A stretch of 64,000 nucleotides of DNA. Origin: Candidatus Nealsonbacteria bacterium. Its GTDB lineage: Bacteria > Patescibacteriota > Minisyncoccia > Minisyncoccales > PWPS01. The notes under the pieces were generated by a model. The model worked only from the letters and a program-made list of their open reading frames with translations, ran no database searches and had not been told where the DNA came from. Below are positions 16,735 through 25,788 of the stretch, piece after piece (the first letter of the stretch is position 1; every line of letters starts with the position of its first letter). The translations under genes were made by a program, and so were the position numbers. The stretch covers positions 14,328-78,327 of the forward strand of contig PWNV01000020.1 in assembly GCA_003557645.1 (NCBI GenBank), in the 5' to 3' direction.

Positions 16735-18660
16735 TTAAAAAGGTTCCCACTCTTCGCTATCTTTCTCAACTATTCTCTCTTCAGAATCATAAACTTCACT
16801 TTCCATTTCTTCTAAAAAGCGAGAAGGAGAAGAAAGCTCCTTTTCTCGTAAGCTGTATAGCGGATATGTGAGAAATAAGTTTCTTTTACATCTCGTAACT
16901 GCAACATAAAAAAGCCTTCTCTCCTCTTCAATGAGACCGTCTTCTATCGATTTAGCATGCGGAAAACCTCCCTCTTTTAGAGAGACAATAAAAACTGTGC
17001 CCCACTCCAATCCTTTTGCTTGATGCACTGTACTTAAGGTAACCTTTCCCCTTGCTCTAATTTTGGATTGCGTAAAGAACTCTCCTCCTTTGAAGTCCTC
17101 ACTCAGAGAAAGATCATCCGTCATTTCTCCTATATCTTCATATTTTGTTGATAGTTCCGCTACCTTCTTAATATCTCCTTTCCTTTCCCTCGCATTCTCA
17201 AAAGAAAGATCTAAATATTCGTTATAAAATCCTTGAAGGAAAATGCTAATAATCTTTTCAGGTCTTTTCTCTTTCTCTGCTCTTTGTAGGAGAGATAAGA
17301 GAAGAGAAAGTCCAGTTGTTGCAAGTCGTGATGGGGCGATGTTATCTTTTTTTTCAGCAAGAGAATTGATATTTTTTTCCTCTTTAATTTTGCTGATTAT
17401 TTTTTTCACTCCAATCTCCCCTACTCCCTCTTGGCGTAAAAGAAGTCTTCTCCAGGAAGTTTCATCATAAAAATTTGTCAGTATTCGTAAAAATGCAAAA
17501 ACATCCTTAATATGAAATTGCTCAAAAAAGCGCACTCCTCCTCTGACAATATAAGGTACTCTTCTTTTTGCTAATTCAATTTCTATCTCTGCACATTGAT
17601 AGTGAGCCCTAAAAAGAACTGCTACTTCATCAAGATTATTTATCTTCTCTATCTCGTCAACAATGAATTTTGCTTGTTCAAAGGAATTTGAAAAAGAGAT
17701 AATCGTAGGGACACTCCCGCTACCATGAACACTTTTTAAAGTTTTATCCAGTTTTTTTTCGTTCTTTTTGATCACATTATTTGCAACATCAAGTATTTCC
17801 GGAGTACTTCGATAATTAGATTCTAATCGAAATATTTTTGCTTTTGGGTAACTTTTTGAGAAAGAAAGAATGTTCTCTATATCAGCTGCTCGAAATGAAT
17901 AGATGCTTTGAGCATCATCTCCAACTGCAAGAATGTTTCCATGAACCTTGCTTAATTTTTTAACTATATCATCTTGTATTCTGTTTGTATCCTGATACTC
18001 ATCAATCAATATATAAAGAAATCTGGACGATATCTCTTCTTGAATATCTGGATAGGAAAGAAGCTGCAACCAGTTAAACAAAAGGTCATCGTAGTCCATT
18101 AAATTATTTTCTTTTTTCCTTTTCTTATAATAATCAGCTATTACTGGAATAGAAGCCGTGATATTTTCATCTAAATAAAAGAAGCCATCTTCTACCACTT
18201 TCTCAATATTCTTATTCGAATTCGTAGAGAGAGATATTATCTTTTTTACCACCTGTGCTTTTAATCCCCTTCCTTCATCAGTTTCTTTTAAAATAGTTGC
18301 TATGAGGTTTTTTGAGTCATCCTCGTCTATGATTGTGAAATTGGAAGAATACCCAATACGAGAAGCATATTTTTTAAGAAACAGATTGCCAACATGATGA
18401 AAAGTTCCTCCACATATTTTCTCTCCCCCTTTATTGGAGATTCTAAGAATACGCGAAAACATCTCCTTTGCAGCTTTCTTGGTAAAAGTTAAAAGAAGAA
18501 TTCTTTCAGGAAAAACATCTTTTTCCAACAAATAAGCACTACGATAAACTAGCGTGCGCGTTTTTCCTGAACCTGGACCACTTAGGACAAGGCAAGGACC
18601 ATCACCCTCATAAACTACTCTTAATTGCTCCTCATTTAGTTCTCTTTCATACTCTTTCAT
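16735..18660 (-). CDS. uvrD: UvrD/PcrA-type SF1 DNA helicase
   Basis: 641 aa with Walker A GPGSGKT, DEYQDT, motifs III-VI and TVHQAKGLEW. Confidence 0.9.
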   Translation of the reverse strand: MKEYERELNEEQLRVVYEGDGPCLVLSGPGSGKTRTLVYRSAYLLEKDVFPERILLLTFTKKAAKEMFSRILRISNKGGEKICGGTFHHVGNLFLKKYASRIGYSSNFTIIDEDDSKNLIATILKETDEGRGLKAQVVKKIISLSTNSNKNIEKVVEDGFFYLDENITASIPVIADYYKKRKKENNLMDYDDLLFNWLQLLSYPDIQEEISSRFLYILIDEYQDTNRIQDDIVKKLSKVHGNILAVGDDAQSIYSFRAADIENILSFSKSYPKAKIFRLESNYRSTPEILDVANNVIKKNEKKLDKTLKSVHGSGSVPTIISFSNSFEQAKFIVDEIEKINNLDEVAVLFRAHYQCAEIEIELAKRRVPYIVRGGVRFFEQFHIKDVFAFLRILTNFYDETSWRRLLLRQEGVGEIGVKKIISKIKEEKNINSLAEKKDNIAPSRLATTGLSLLLSLLQRAEKEKRPEKIISIFLQGFYNEYLDLSFENARERKGDIKKVAELSTKYEDIGEMTDDLSLSEDFKGGEFFTQSKIRARGKVTLSTVHQAKGLEWGTVFIVSLKEGGFPHAKSIEDGLIEEERRLFYVAVTRCKRNLFLTYPLYSLREKELSSPSRFLEEMESEVYDSEERIVEKDSEEWEPF

Positions 18661-18669
18661 AATTATAAA

Positions 18670-19224
18670 TTAAAGCAAAGCTCTCAGCTTTTCTGAATTC
18701 TCTTTAAGTTCGGGAAGCAAAGGGTTCTCCGGCCAAGCTTTTTCTATGTTTGAGACAAGCCGAAGGCAGTGATTAATTTTTTGCTCCTTAGGAGCGTTAA
18801 ACTTAGAAAAGGAGCTATCTCCTATTTTATCAATATCATGTAAAAGATCACTTGTATTATGTATTATATCAGCTGACTTTATCAGCAAGCTGCCTTCGCT
18901 TGCGCCTTTTATCTTCTCTTCCGCCTTGGCTTTTCTTTCCTCCCAGGAGCTTGCGTCACTTTCTGTGACTTCCGCTACAAGGCTCTCCACTCTCTCTCCA
19001 AAATGATTTCTTATCTCTGAAAAAGAAACATTGCAATCTTCTACTACATCATGAAGCAAGGCGCCACAGATCAGATCTTCATCACCCCCTAACTTAGAAA
19101 TAATCATTGCAACACACAACGGATGAACAATATAGGGAATATCGCTTCCTTTTCTTTTTTGTTTTCGATGTGCCTTTTCAGCAAAAGCAACAGCTTCTTG
19201 TATTTTTCTGCTAAATCTTTTCAT
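18670..19224 (-). CDS. HD-domain protein resembling the (p)ppGpp hydrolase domain of RelA/SpoT (small alarmone hydrolase-like)
   Basis: 184 aa. AHRKQKRKGSDIPYIVHPLCVAMI...ALLHDVVED...FGERVESLVAEVTE follows the RSH hydrolase pattern. There is no synthetase domain. Confidence 0.75.
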   Translation of the reverse strand: MKRFSRKIQEAVAFAEKAHRKQKRKGSDIPYIVHPLCVAMIISKLGGDEDLICGALLHDVVEDCNVSFSEIRNHFGERVESLVAEVTESDASSWEERKAKAEEKIKGASEGSLLIKSADIIHNTSDLLHDIDKIGDSSFSKFNAPKEQKINHCLRLVSNIEKAWPENPLLPELKENSEKLRALL

Positions 19225-20231
19225 TAGATTTTTCTGAGCTTATCTTTAAGAAGATTGATTCGAAACAAAAGATCCTTCAACTCTTCACCTTGTTCTGGGT
19301 CTAGTTCTATTGTTTTGATTAATGATTCCTCCAATATGCGGATACAACTATCTATAACGTATTTCGTGTACTTATAATCCACTCCCCTACAACCTTCATT
19401 GATATAAAAACGATTGAAAAGCTGATATTGACACTTAGAAACAAGGAGATTAGAGTACCAAAAAAGATCTGCTGCAGGAATAGTAAAAATCCAAAAATCA
19501 TTATAGTGTTTCGCTTCTCCTGCTACCTCAAAAAGATCATCACACCACTCCTTTGTTTCCAGATAAAGAGGGTCCTTTTTAAAATTAGTAGGTTTCTTTT
19601 TAATGCTATTTATCTCCTCCTCGCGAAGTGTCCTAAAAATTGCCTCTTGATGAAGGTAAACAATGTTTTTTTGGCCTTTTCGGCAAATTGGACATGATTT
19701 CCATCCACAATAATTTCTTTTCCAAGTACAATCAAACCAACGCGGAACATCTTTTTTGCTTAAATAGTTTTTATAGATGTCCCTTATATTCTTTTGAGAA
19801 AAAAGAACATTATTCAAAAGCACCTCTAAACTCTTATACACAGACGGGGGAAGATTGCTTATATCTAATGAAGAATCATATTCATCCTTATAGTGCTTCT
19901 CCATTAAAAAAATTAATTCATCAATAAAAGAGCAAAGAGCTCTCCTTTCTTCTTTTAGATTTTTAGGAGAAAAAGCAACAAGACCCCTTGTCGCCCTTAT
20001 TATTACGTCTCTAACTTTTGCCGAATCATTTTCAATATTTTCCAATATAAAATTTGAAAAATAACAAAAGCTTTTCTTTCTGCTTTTTGCTGCACTGCTA
20101 CAAAGATGATCAGCCAACTCAATCCTTTCCTTTTCGCTTACCTGTTGCAAGTTTCTTATTTTTTCAGAAAGTCTTGCTTCTTTTGATTTTTCTCTATAAA
20201 TTTTTCTTTTTTTTGTGTATATCTTTTTCAT
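19224..20231 (-). CDS. hypothetical Cys-rich protein (335 aa)
   Basis: ORF translationally coupled on both sides. It has a basic N-terminus and a central zinc-ribbon-like CTWKRNYCGWKSCPIC. I recognise no family. Confidence 0.7.
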   Translation of the reverse strand: MKKIYTKKRKIYREKSKEARLSEKIRNLQQVSEKERIELADHLCSSAAKSRKKSFCYFSNFILENIENDSAKVRDVIIRATRGLVAFSPKNLKEERRALCSFIDELIFLMEKHYKDEYDSSLDISNLPPSVYKSLEVLLNNVLFSQKNIRDIYKNYLSKKDVPRWFDCTWKRNYCGWKSCPICRKGQKNIVYLHQEAIFRTLREEEINSIKKKPTNFKKDPLYLETKEWCDDLFEVAGEAKHYNDFWIFTIPAADLFWYSNLLVSKCQYQLFNRFYINEGCRGVDYKYTKYVIDSCIRILEESLIKTIELDPEQGEELKDLLFRINLLKDKLRKI

Positions 20232-20449
20232 GCGATTTCTTCTTCTCCCTCGTCTATCTCTTTTTTCACTTCTTCAAACTCATTCTCAATCTCCTTTAAT
20301 CTTCCTTTACTTTCTTTTATTATCTTGATTGCTTCTTTCACCTTTTTTAATCCTTCTTCTACATCAACTTCTTCTCTCTCTTCGAACCAATCAGAAATAG
20401 CAGAAAGACGCTTTAAATTTTCACTTAAATTTTTATTTTTTTGTGTCAT
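20228..20449 (-). CDS. xseB: exodeoxyribonuclease VII small subunit
   Basis: 73-aa helical hairpin protein directly after xseA, with the typical LKRLSAISDWFEE..VDVEEGLKKVKEA pattern. Confidence 0.8.
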   Translation of the reverse strand: MTQKNKNLSENLKRLSAISDWFEEREEVDVEEGLKKVKEAIKIIKESKGRLKEIENEFEEVKKEIDEGEEEIA

Positions 20450-21794
20450 GTTTTTTTATATTTTTAACTTCTGAGTATATTTCCCCGTCTGAAACATTAA
20501 TACACATTTTATCTCCCTGACCAACTCCCTTTATACTTTTTATCACTTTTCCTTCTCTCCGTAAAATGGCATATCCCATCTGCAATTGTCTTGCTGGATT
20601 ATTAGCAGAAATAATTCTGGAAAACTCTGCAATACGATTTTCTACATTCTCCTTATCAATATAAAAACGAGAAATTATTCGATCTTGATAGTTCTTCTTT
20701 TTTTGTTTTGCTATCTTTAAAGTACCTAAAAAATATTTTTCTAACTTTCTTCCTTCAATTTTAACATCCTCTCTTCTATTATAAATAGAGTGCGTCATTA
20801 CTGTAAAATTTCTTTGTAACTTCTCTTCACTTTTCCGATATTCTTCAAAAATACCTTTAAAGAAAGATGTAATTCCTTCGGAGAGATAATTTAAGTTCTG
20901 TTTTTCTCGGTATATTAAATTATCGTAAAAAGAAATTAAAAATTTTTCATAATAAGAGATTGTTTCCTTTGCTCTTTCAAAGCTCTGACTAAGTAATGTT
21001 GCAACTGCTGTCGGTGTTGACTCTGTTGCATCGGCTGCCAAGGCAGCAAGTGTAATGTCTTGATGATGTCCAATTCCTGCAATCACTGGAACTGGGAAGT
21101 CAATAATTTCTCGCACAAGCATTTCGTTGTCAAATGCCATAAGAGATTGAAGAGATCCCCCTCCCCGAATAATAACTAAAACATCTAGGTTTTTTTTCTT
21201 CATAGTCCTTATCGAAGCCAACAGATCGCTCACCGCTTCTTGTCCTTCTACTCGTGAATCACATGCAATAACTTGAAAATGAAACCGCCCCAAATTACTT
21301 GTAAAATCGTGAATTGCTGCACCTCTTGTTGAAGTAATCACTCCTATTTTTTGCGGAAACTCAGGAATAGGACGCTTCCTCTTATCATCAAAAAGACCTT
21401 CTTCTGAAAGTTTTTCCTTTAATTTGTCGTACGCTTTTTTAAGGGCTCCTTCTCCGACAAGTTCCACCGTTTTTACCTTGAAAGTAAGAGTGCCTCTCAC
21501 CCTGTAAATATCAGGGGTTCCTGAAACAATAACCTGCATCCCATCTTCTAATTCAATTCCACACATCCTATAAATTGAGCTCCATATTGCACAATTTATA
21601 ATATCTCCTGTCTTCTCATCCTTAAGTGAAAAATAGACGTGTCCACTAGCGGCTTTCTTTACCTCACTTGCCTCTCCCACTAACTTAGCTTGCATTCGGC
21701 GTAAAAATTCGTTAAGAAGGCCGATATAATCAGATACAGAGATCGGATCTCCCGATACTAGATCATATTTATAGTCATCATTCATTGGCACCAT
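20433..21794 (-). CDS. xseA: exodeoxyribonuclease VII large subunit
   Basis: 453 aa with an N-terminal OB fold (GHVYFSLKDE...INCAIW), catalytic core (GVITSTRGAAIHD, IIRGGGS) and a coiled-coil tail. Confidence 0.9.
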   Translation of the reverse strand: MVPMNDDYKYDLVSGDPISVSDYIGLLNEFLRRMQAKLVGEASEVKKAASGHVYFSLKDEKTGDIINCAIWSSIYRMCGIELEDGMQVIVSGTPDIYRVRGTLTFKVKTVELVGEGALKKAYDKLKEKLSEEGLFDDKRKRPIPEFPQKIGVITSTRGAAIHDFTSNLGRFHFQVIACDSRVEGQEAVSDLLASIRTMKKKNLDVLVIIRGGGSLQSLMAFDNEMLVREIIDFPVPVIAGIGHHQDITLAALAADATESTPTAVATLLSQSFERAKETISYYEKFLISFYDNLIYREKQNLNYLSEGITSFFKGIFEEYRKSEEKLQRNFTVMTHSIYNRREDVKIEGRKLEKYFLGTLKIAKQKKKNYQDRIISRFYIDKENVENRIAEFSRIISANNPARQLQMGYAILRREGKVIKSIKGVGQGDKMCINVSDGEIYSEVKNIKKHDTKK

Positions 21795-21795
21795 C

Positions 21796-23055
21796 TTATC
21801 TTATTTCGCCCTCCTTGTCTAACATTCTTCTTTCCAGACTGCGCAAAGAAAGAGAAAGGGCTACGTTAGAAAAAATTTCATCTTGTTTTTCTCCATGAAG
21901 TGCATAAAATGATTTTTTCATCTTCTTAGAAATAAAATCAAGAACTTCTTCTTTTCGCATCTTTTTCGAATTTTTTGCTTGCTTCCATTCGCAGTAAGAA
22001 GCTATTACACCACCCGCACTTGCCAAGATGTCAGGGATAACGACCGTTCCTCTTTTTTGTAAAATTTTCTCAGCATTAGTAGTAACTGGTCCATTTGCTA
22101 TAGAAATTATATGTTTTGCCCTTACTTTTTCTGCGTTATTTTCGTTAATAACGTTTTCTGTAGCAGCTAATACTAGCACATCAACATCCATTTCAAGCAG
22201 TTCAGAATTGCATATCCTTTTTTCTCCCTTTCGTTGATAAGAGCCGACTCTTTTATTTTCCTTTTTACATTTTAATGCTTCTCTAATGCTTATTTTCTTT
22301 TTTGCTCTTACTCCTCCTTCGCAGTCAGAGATAGCCATCACTTTATGTCCCATTTTAGAGGCAAAAATAGCAAAATTAGACCCTACATTTCCAAATCCTT
22401 GCACAGCAATAGTTGCCTCCTTGATTTTCCAAAAATCACAAAGCTCACTTAAAATTACAGCTCCTCCGTACCCTGTAGCTATATCTCTTCCTTCAAGGCC
22501 TCCTTCCTCAACAGGCTTTCCAGTGAAAGAAGCTGGTGATGATTTTCCTGAAATTCTAGAATATTCATCAACCATTATAGATATTATTTCTTCATTAGTA
22601 TTTATGTCTGGTGCAGGTATGTCAATCTCAGGACCAATAACCGGAAAAGCTCCTCTTACATAACCGCGAGAAAGCTCTTCTCTTTCCTTTTCAGAAAGAC
22701 TTGAAAAATCAACTTCAACGCCACCTTTTGCCCCTCCAAAAGGGACGTCAAGAAGAGCACACTTCAAAGTCATCATAATAGAAAGCGCCTCTACTTCATC
22801 ACGGGTAACCTTATTAGAAAAGCGAACTCCTCCTTTGTAAGGACCAAGAAGGTTACTGTGCTGAGCTCTGTACCCTCGAAATACTTTACTTCCAACCGGA
22901 ATATTGAATTCAAGCAAACGATCTGTTGATAGGATTCTTTCTGTAAAATATTTTCCTATGTTATTTCTCTTTGCCTCTTCTTTGATTTGATTTTTTAAAT
23001 TTTCCAATAAGTTGCACATTGTTTTTTTATTAACCGTCAAAGTATATAACTTCAC
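21796..23055 (-). CDS. gdhA: glutamate dehydrogenase (Glu/Leu/Phe/Val dehydrogenase family)
   Basis: 419 aa with KGGVRF, the catalytic-Lys region PFGGAKGG and the NAD(P) fold VQGFGNVG. Confidence 0.88.
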   Translation of the reverse strand: MKLYTLTVNKKTMCNLLENLKNQIKEEAKRNNIGKYFTERILSTDRLLEFNIPVGSKVFRGYRAQHSNLLGPYKGGVRFSNKVTRDEVEALSIMMTLKCALLDVPFGGAKGGVEVDFSSLSEKEREELSRGYVRGAFPVIGPEIDIPAPDINTNEEIISIMVDEYSRISGKSSPASFTGKPVEEGGLEGRDIATGYGGAVILSELCDFWKIKEATIAVQGFGNVGSNFAIFASKMGHKVMAISDCEGGVRAKKKISIREALKCKKENKRVGSYQRKGEKRICNSELLEMDVDVLVLAATENVINENNAEKVRAKHIISIANGPVTTNAEKILQKRGTVVIPDILASAGGVIASYCEWKQAKNSKKMRKEEVLDFISKKMKKSFYALHGEKQDEIFSNVALSLSLRSLERRMLDKEGEIR

Positions 23056-23078
23056 CCTTTAAACATCAAGGAGAAATT

Positions 23079-23107
23079 TTTACATTTCCAAGAAAATAAA
23101 TTATACT
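23079..23107 (+). promoter_or_regulatory. sigma70-type promoter TTTACA-N17-TATACT, 7 nt before the pyrH ATG (candidate leaderless)
   Basis: The sequence tTTTACAtttccaagaaaataaatTATACTaggctcaATG. Confidence 0.55.
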
Positions 23108-23114
23108 AGGCTCA

Positions 23115-23825
23115 ATGAAAAAATATAAAAGAATTGTATTAAAGCTTTCTGGGGAAGCAATGATGGGAAAAGAAAATTTCGGGATTGATCCCGATTTTAT
23201 TTTTTATATCGCTAATGAGATCATGGAAGCTACGCAAACAGGAGTCGAGATTGTGATAGTCGTAGGAGGTGGAAATATTTTTCGAGGAGTCGCAGGAAGC
23301 AAGCAGGTAATTGATAGAACAACCGCTGATTATATGGGAATGCTTGCTACTATTTTTAATGGAATGGCCTTGCAAGACGCACTAGAGAGAAAAGGTGTTC
23401 CAACTCGCCTTCACACTTCTTTTGAGATGAAAGAAATCGCAGAACCTTTTATAAGGAAAAGGGCTATAAGGCATCTAGAAAAAGGAAGAGTGGTGATATC
23501 AGGTGGTGGAACTGGTCTTCCTTTCGTTACCACGGACACAGCAGCTGTTATAAGAGGCTTGGAGCTTGGTTGTGAGTCAATTTTTAAGGCAACTAATGTT
23601 GATGGAGTTTACTCTGAAGATCCCAAAAAAAATTCAAAAGCTAAAAAATATAAAACAATAAGCTTAGAAGAGGCTTTTAAAAGTGATAGAATTGGAATAA
23701 TGGACAACTCCGCAATTGACCTTTGTCGTACAAACAACATTAGTATTGTTGTTTTTAATATTTATAAGAAAGGAAACCTCAAAAAAGCAATCCTTGGAAA
23801 AAACGCTGGAACAGTAATCAAATAA
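23115..23825 (+). CDS. pyrH: UMP kinase
   Basis: 236 aa with RIVLKLSGEA, VVGGGNIFRG and the amino-acid-kinase fold. Confidence 0.93.
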   Translation: MKKYKRIVLKLSGEAMMGKENFGIDPDFIFYIANEIMEATQTGVEIVIVVGGGNIFRGVAGSKQVIDRTTADYMGMLATIFNGMALQDALERKGVPTRLHTSFEMKEIAEPFIRKRAIRHLEKGRVVISGGGTGLPFVTTDTAAVIRGLELGCESIFKATNVDGVYSEDPKKNSKAKKYKTISLEEAFKSDRIGIMDNSAIDLCRTNNISIVVFNIYKKGNLKKAILGKNAGTVIK

Positions 23826-23863
23826 AGATCTATTTACTTTTTTTATTCTTTGATTAAAATACG

Positions 23864-24256
23864 ATGGGAGGGATGAATTTGCTCTTTCAAAAAATAGTAA
23901 ATGGGAAGAGTCACGATGATGTTCTTCAGGAATATGTTGAAAAATACTGGTCTAGAACTTCTCTTGAAGCCCAACGAGTAAATGAAGAAATGAAAAAGCT
24001 TTTATCTGAGAGTTCGCTTAGTAAAGAAATAATTACCGCAGTGGGAGGAATCGCTGTTAAATTAAAAAAAACTAAACATCGATTATCTTTGGAAGAGTAT
24101 GAAGAATTTAAGCTTAATTGCGTTAGAGGAGATGCAAAGTGGGTTCTCGAAACAATAAAAAAGCCAAAACTAAGTTATTTTTTCAAAAACAGAAATATTG
24201 AAAAAATAGAAAATCAGCTAATCCATCTCCTTGAAAAACACTTCCCAGACCTTTGA
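23864..24256 (+). CDS. hypothetical helical protein (130 aa)
   Basis: ORF after pyrH, followed by a terminator. I recognise no family, and it is not frr. Confidence 0.55.
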   Translation: MGGMNLLFQKIVNGKSHDDVLQEYVEKYWSRTSLEAQRVNEEMKKLLSESSLSKEIITAVGGIAVKLKKTKHRLSLEEYEEFKLNCVRGDAKWVLETIKKPKLSYFFKNRNIEKIENQLIHLLEKHFPDL

Positions 24257-24261
24257 AAAGT

Positions 24262-24290
24262 CCGCCTCCTTTAAGAGCGGCTTTTTTTAT
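24262..24290 (+). terminator. rho-independent terminator after the 130-aa gene
   Basis: CCGCCTC-CTTTAA-GAGCGG (one bulge) followed by CTTTTTTTA. It overlaps the dinB stop on the other strand. Confidence 0.6.
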
Positions 24291-25324
24291 TTCAAAACAA
24301 CTCTTACTCCTAAAAGTCTTACCTCTTTGTTGTTTTTTACTAGAATTTGAAGCAATAACTTTACTCCCTTTTTATAAAGAAAATCTTTCTCGCAAGCTTG
24401 GGAATCAAAAGACATTTGCTTGGTTTGTGTCGTAAAGTCTTTGAAGCGACAAATCACTGATAATCCTCTTATTTCTTTGTCTTTTGTTAATAGCTCTACT
24501 TTTTTTGACAATTTCGAAAACATAGAAATTATTTTTTCAGGGTCTCGAGTATCTTTTTCAAATGTATACTCCTTGCTTATCGATTTTCTTTCTTCTTTAA
24601 CTTTCAAGTTAGAATCATCTATTCCTTGGAATTTTTTATAAAAATCTTCTCCTCTTTTCCCAAGAAGAAAAATTAATTGTTCACGAGAAAGCGCTCTCGC
24701 CTCTCTTACTTTCATGTCTCGCTTACCGTAGTTAGTTTCAATAATATCTTTAGTCTTGGGACCAATCCCAGGAATATCTTTTATATATAAATCGGAGACA
24801 AAATTTTCCGTATCAAAAGGTTCTACTACTCTCAAACCATTCGGCTTAACCGATTCGCAGGCAAGCTTGCTAATCATCTTATTCTCTCCAATGCCAATTG
24901 TGCAGACTAATTTTTCTTTCTCTAAGATTTCATTCTTTAGTTCTCGTCCCAACCTTTCCGCTTCTTTGAAATCATTAACAATTTCTGTAAGATCGAGGTA
25001 AGCCTCATCAAGAGAGACCATTTCCATGTCCGCAGAAATATTTTTCACAATCTTAAAAACAGACTGTGATACCTTTCTATAAAGATTACTGTTTACTGGC
25101 AAGAAAATCCCATCTATACACCTTTTTTTCGCTATAGATATTGGCATTGCCGATTTTATCCCATATTTTCTGGCTTCATAATTACAAGCAGAAACAACTC
25201 CTCTCCCCTTCCTAGGATCAGCACCAACAACAATAGGCTTCCCTTTAAATTGAACATTCTCTCTTTCCTCTATCTGTGCAAAAAAGCAATCCATATCAAC
25301 ATGAAGCACTACTCTTTCAATCAT
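24287..25324 (-). CDS. dinB: DNA polymerase IV (Y-family)
   Basis: 345 aa with HVDMDCFFAQIE, SLDEAYLD and the little-finger domain. Confidence 0.92.
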   Translation of the reverse strand: MIERVVLHVDMDCFFAQIEERENVQFKGKPIVVGADPRKGRGVVSACNYEARKYGIKSAMPISIAKKRCIDGIFLPVNSNLYRKVSQSVFKIVKNISADMEMVSLDEAYLDLTEIVNDFKEAERLGRELKNEILEKEKLVCTIGIGENKMISKLACESVKPNGLRVVEPFDTENFVSDLYIKDIPGIGPKTKDIIETNYGKRDMKVREARALSREQLIFLLGKRGEDFYKKFQGIDDSNLKVKEERKSISKEYTFEKDTRDPEKIISMFSKLSKKVELLTKDKEIRGLSVICRFKDFTTQTKQMSFDSQACEKDFLYKKGVKLLLQILVKNNKEVRLLGVRVVLK

Positions 25325-25788
25325 TAATTAAGTATCCAGATAAAATAATTAAGCGTCCCTGCTATGGTAACCCAGATCGCATAAGGAACAAGACTTAGAG
25401 AAAGTATTCTAGAGGCTGGCCACAGTAATAAAATAAGAGTTAAAATAGTTAAGTTAAGAGTAATAATATGCAAAAAAGCAAAACCTACATAGTTCAGGGT
25501 AAAAAAAGAAAAAGACCAGGTTGTATTTAACAGCGCGTTCAAAACAAATACTCCCATAACAAGTTTAAATCGTTTCTCTTTATAATGTCTGTTCCAATAA
25601 ATAAGAACTACAACAGTAACTAAAACATAAAGAAAAGCCCAAACAGCTCCAATGAATTCTCCTGAAGGAGTCCATCCTGGCTTAACCAACCCCTCGTACC
25701 AGTCATTGACTCCTTGCGAAGTGAAGTATCCACCAAGAGCAGAAACTAAAATTGCAATAAGAGGAATCACAATATAATTTATTTTCAT
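25324..25788 (-). CDS. tspO: TspO/MBR tryptophan-rich sensory protein
   Basis: 154 aa, 5 TM, with WYEGLVKPGWTPSGEFIGAVWAFLY and Trp-rich helices. Confidence 0.85.
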   Translation of the reverse strand: MKINYIVIPLIAILVSALGGYFTSQGVNDWYEGLVKPGWTPSGEFIGAVWAFLYVLVTVVVLIYWNRHYKEKRFKLVMGVFVLNALLNTTWSFSFFTLNYVGFAFLHIITLNLTILTLILLLWPASRILSLSLVPYAIWVTIAGTLNYFIWILN

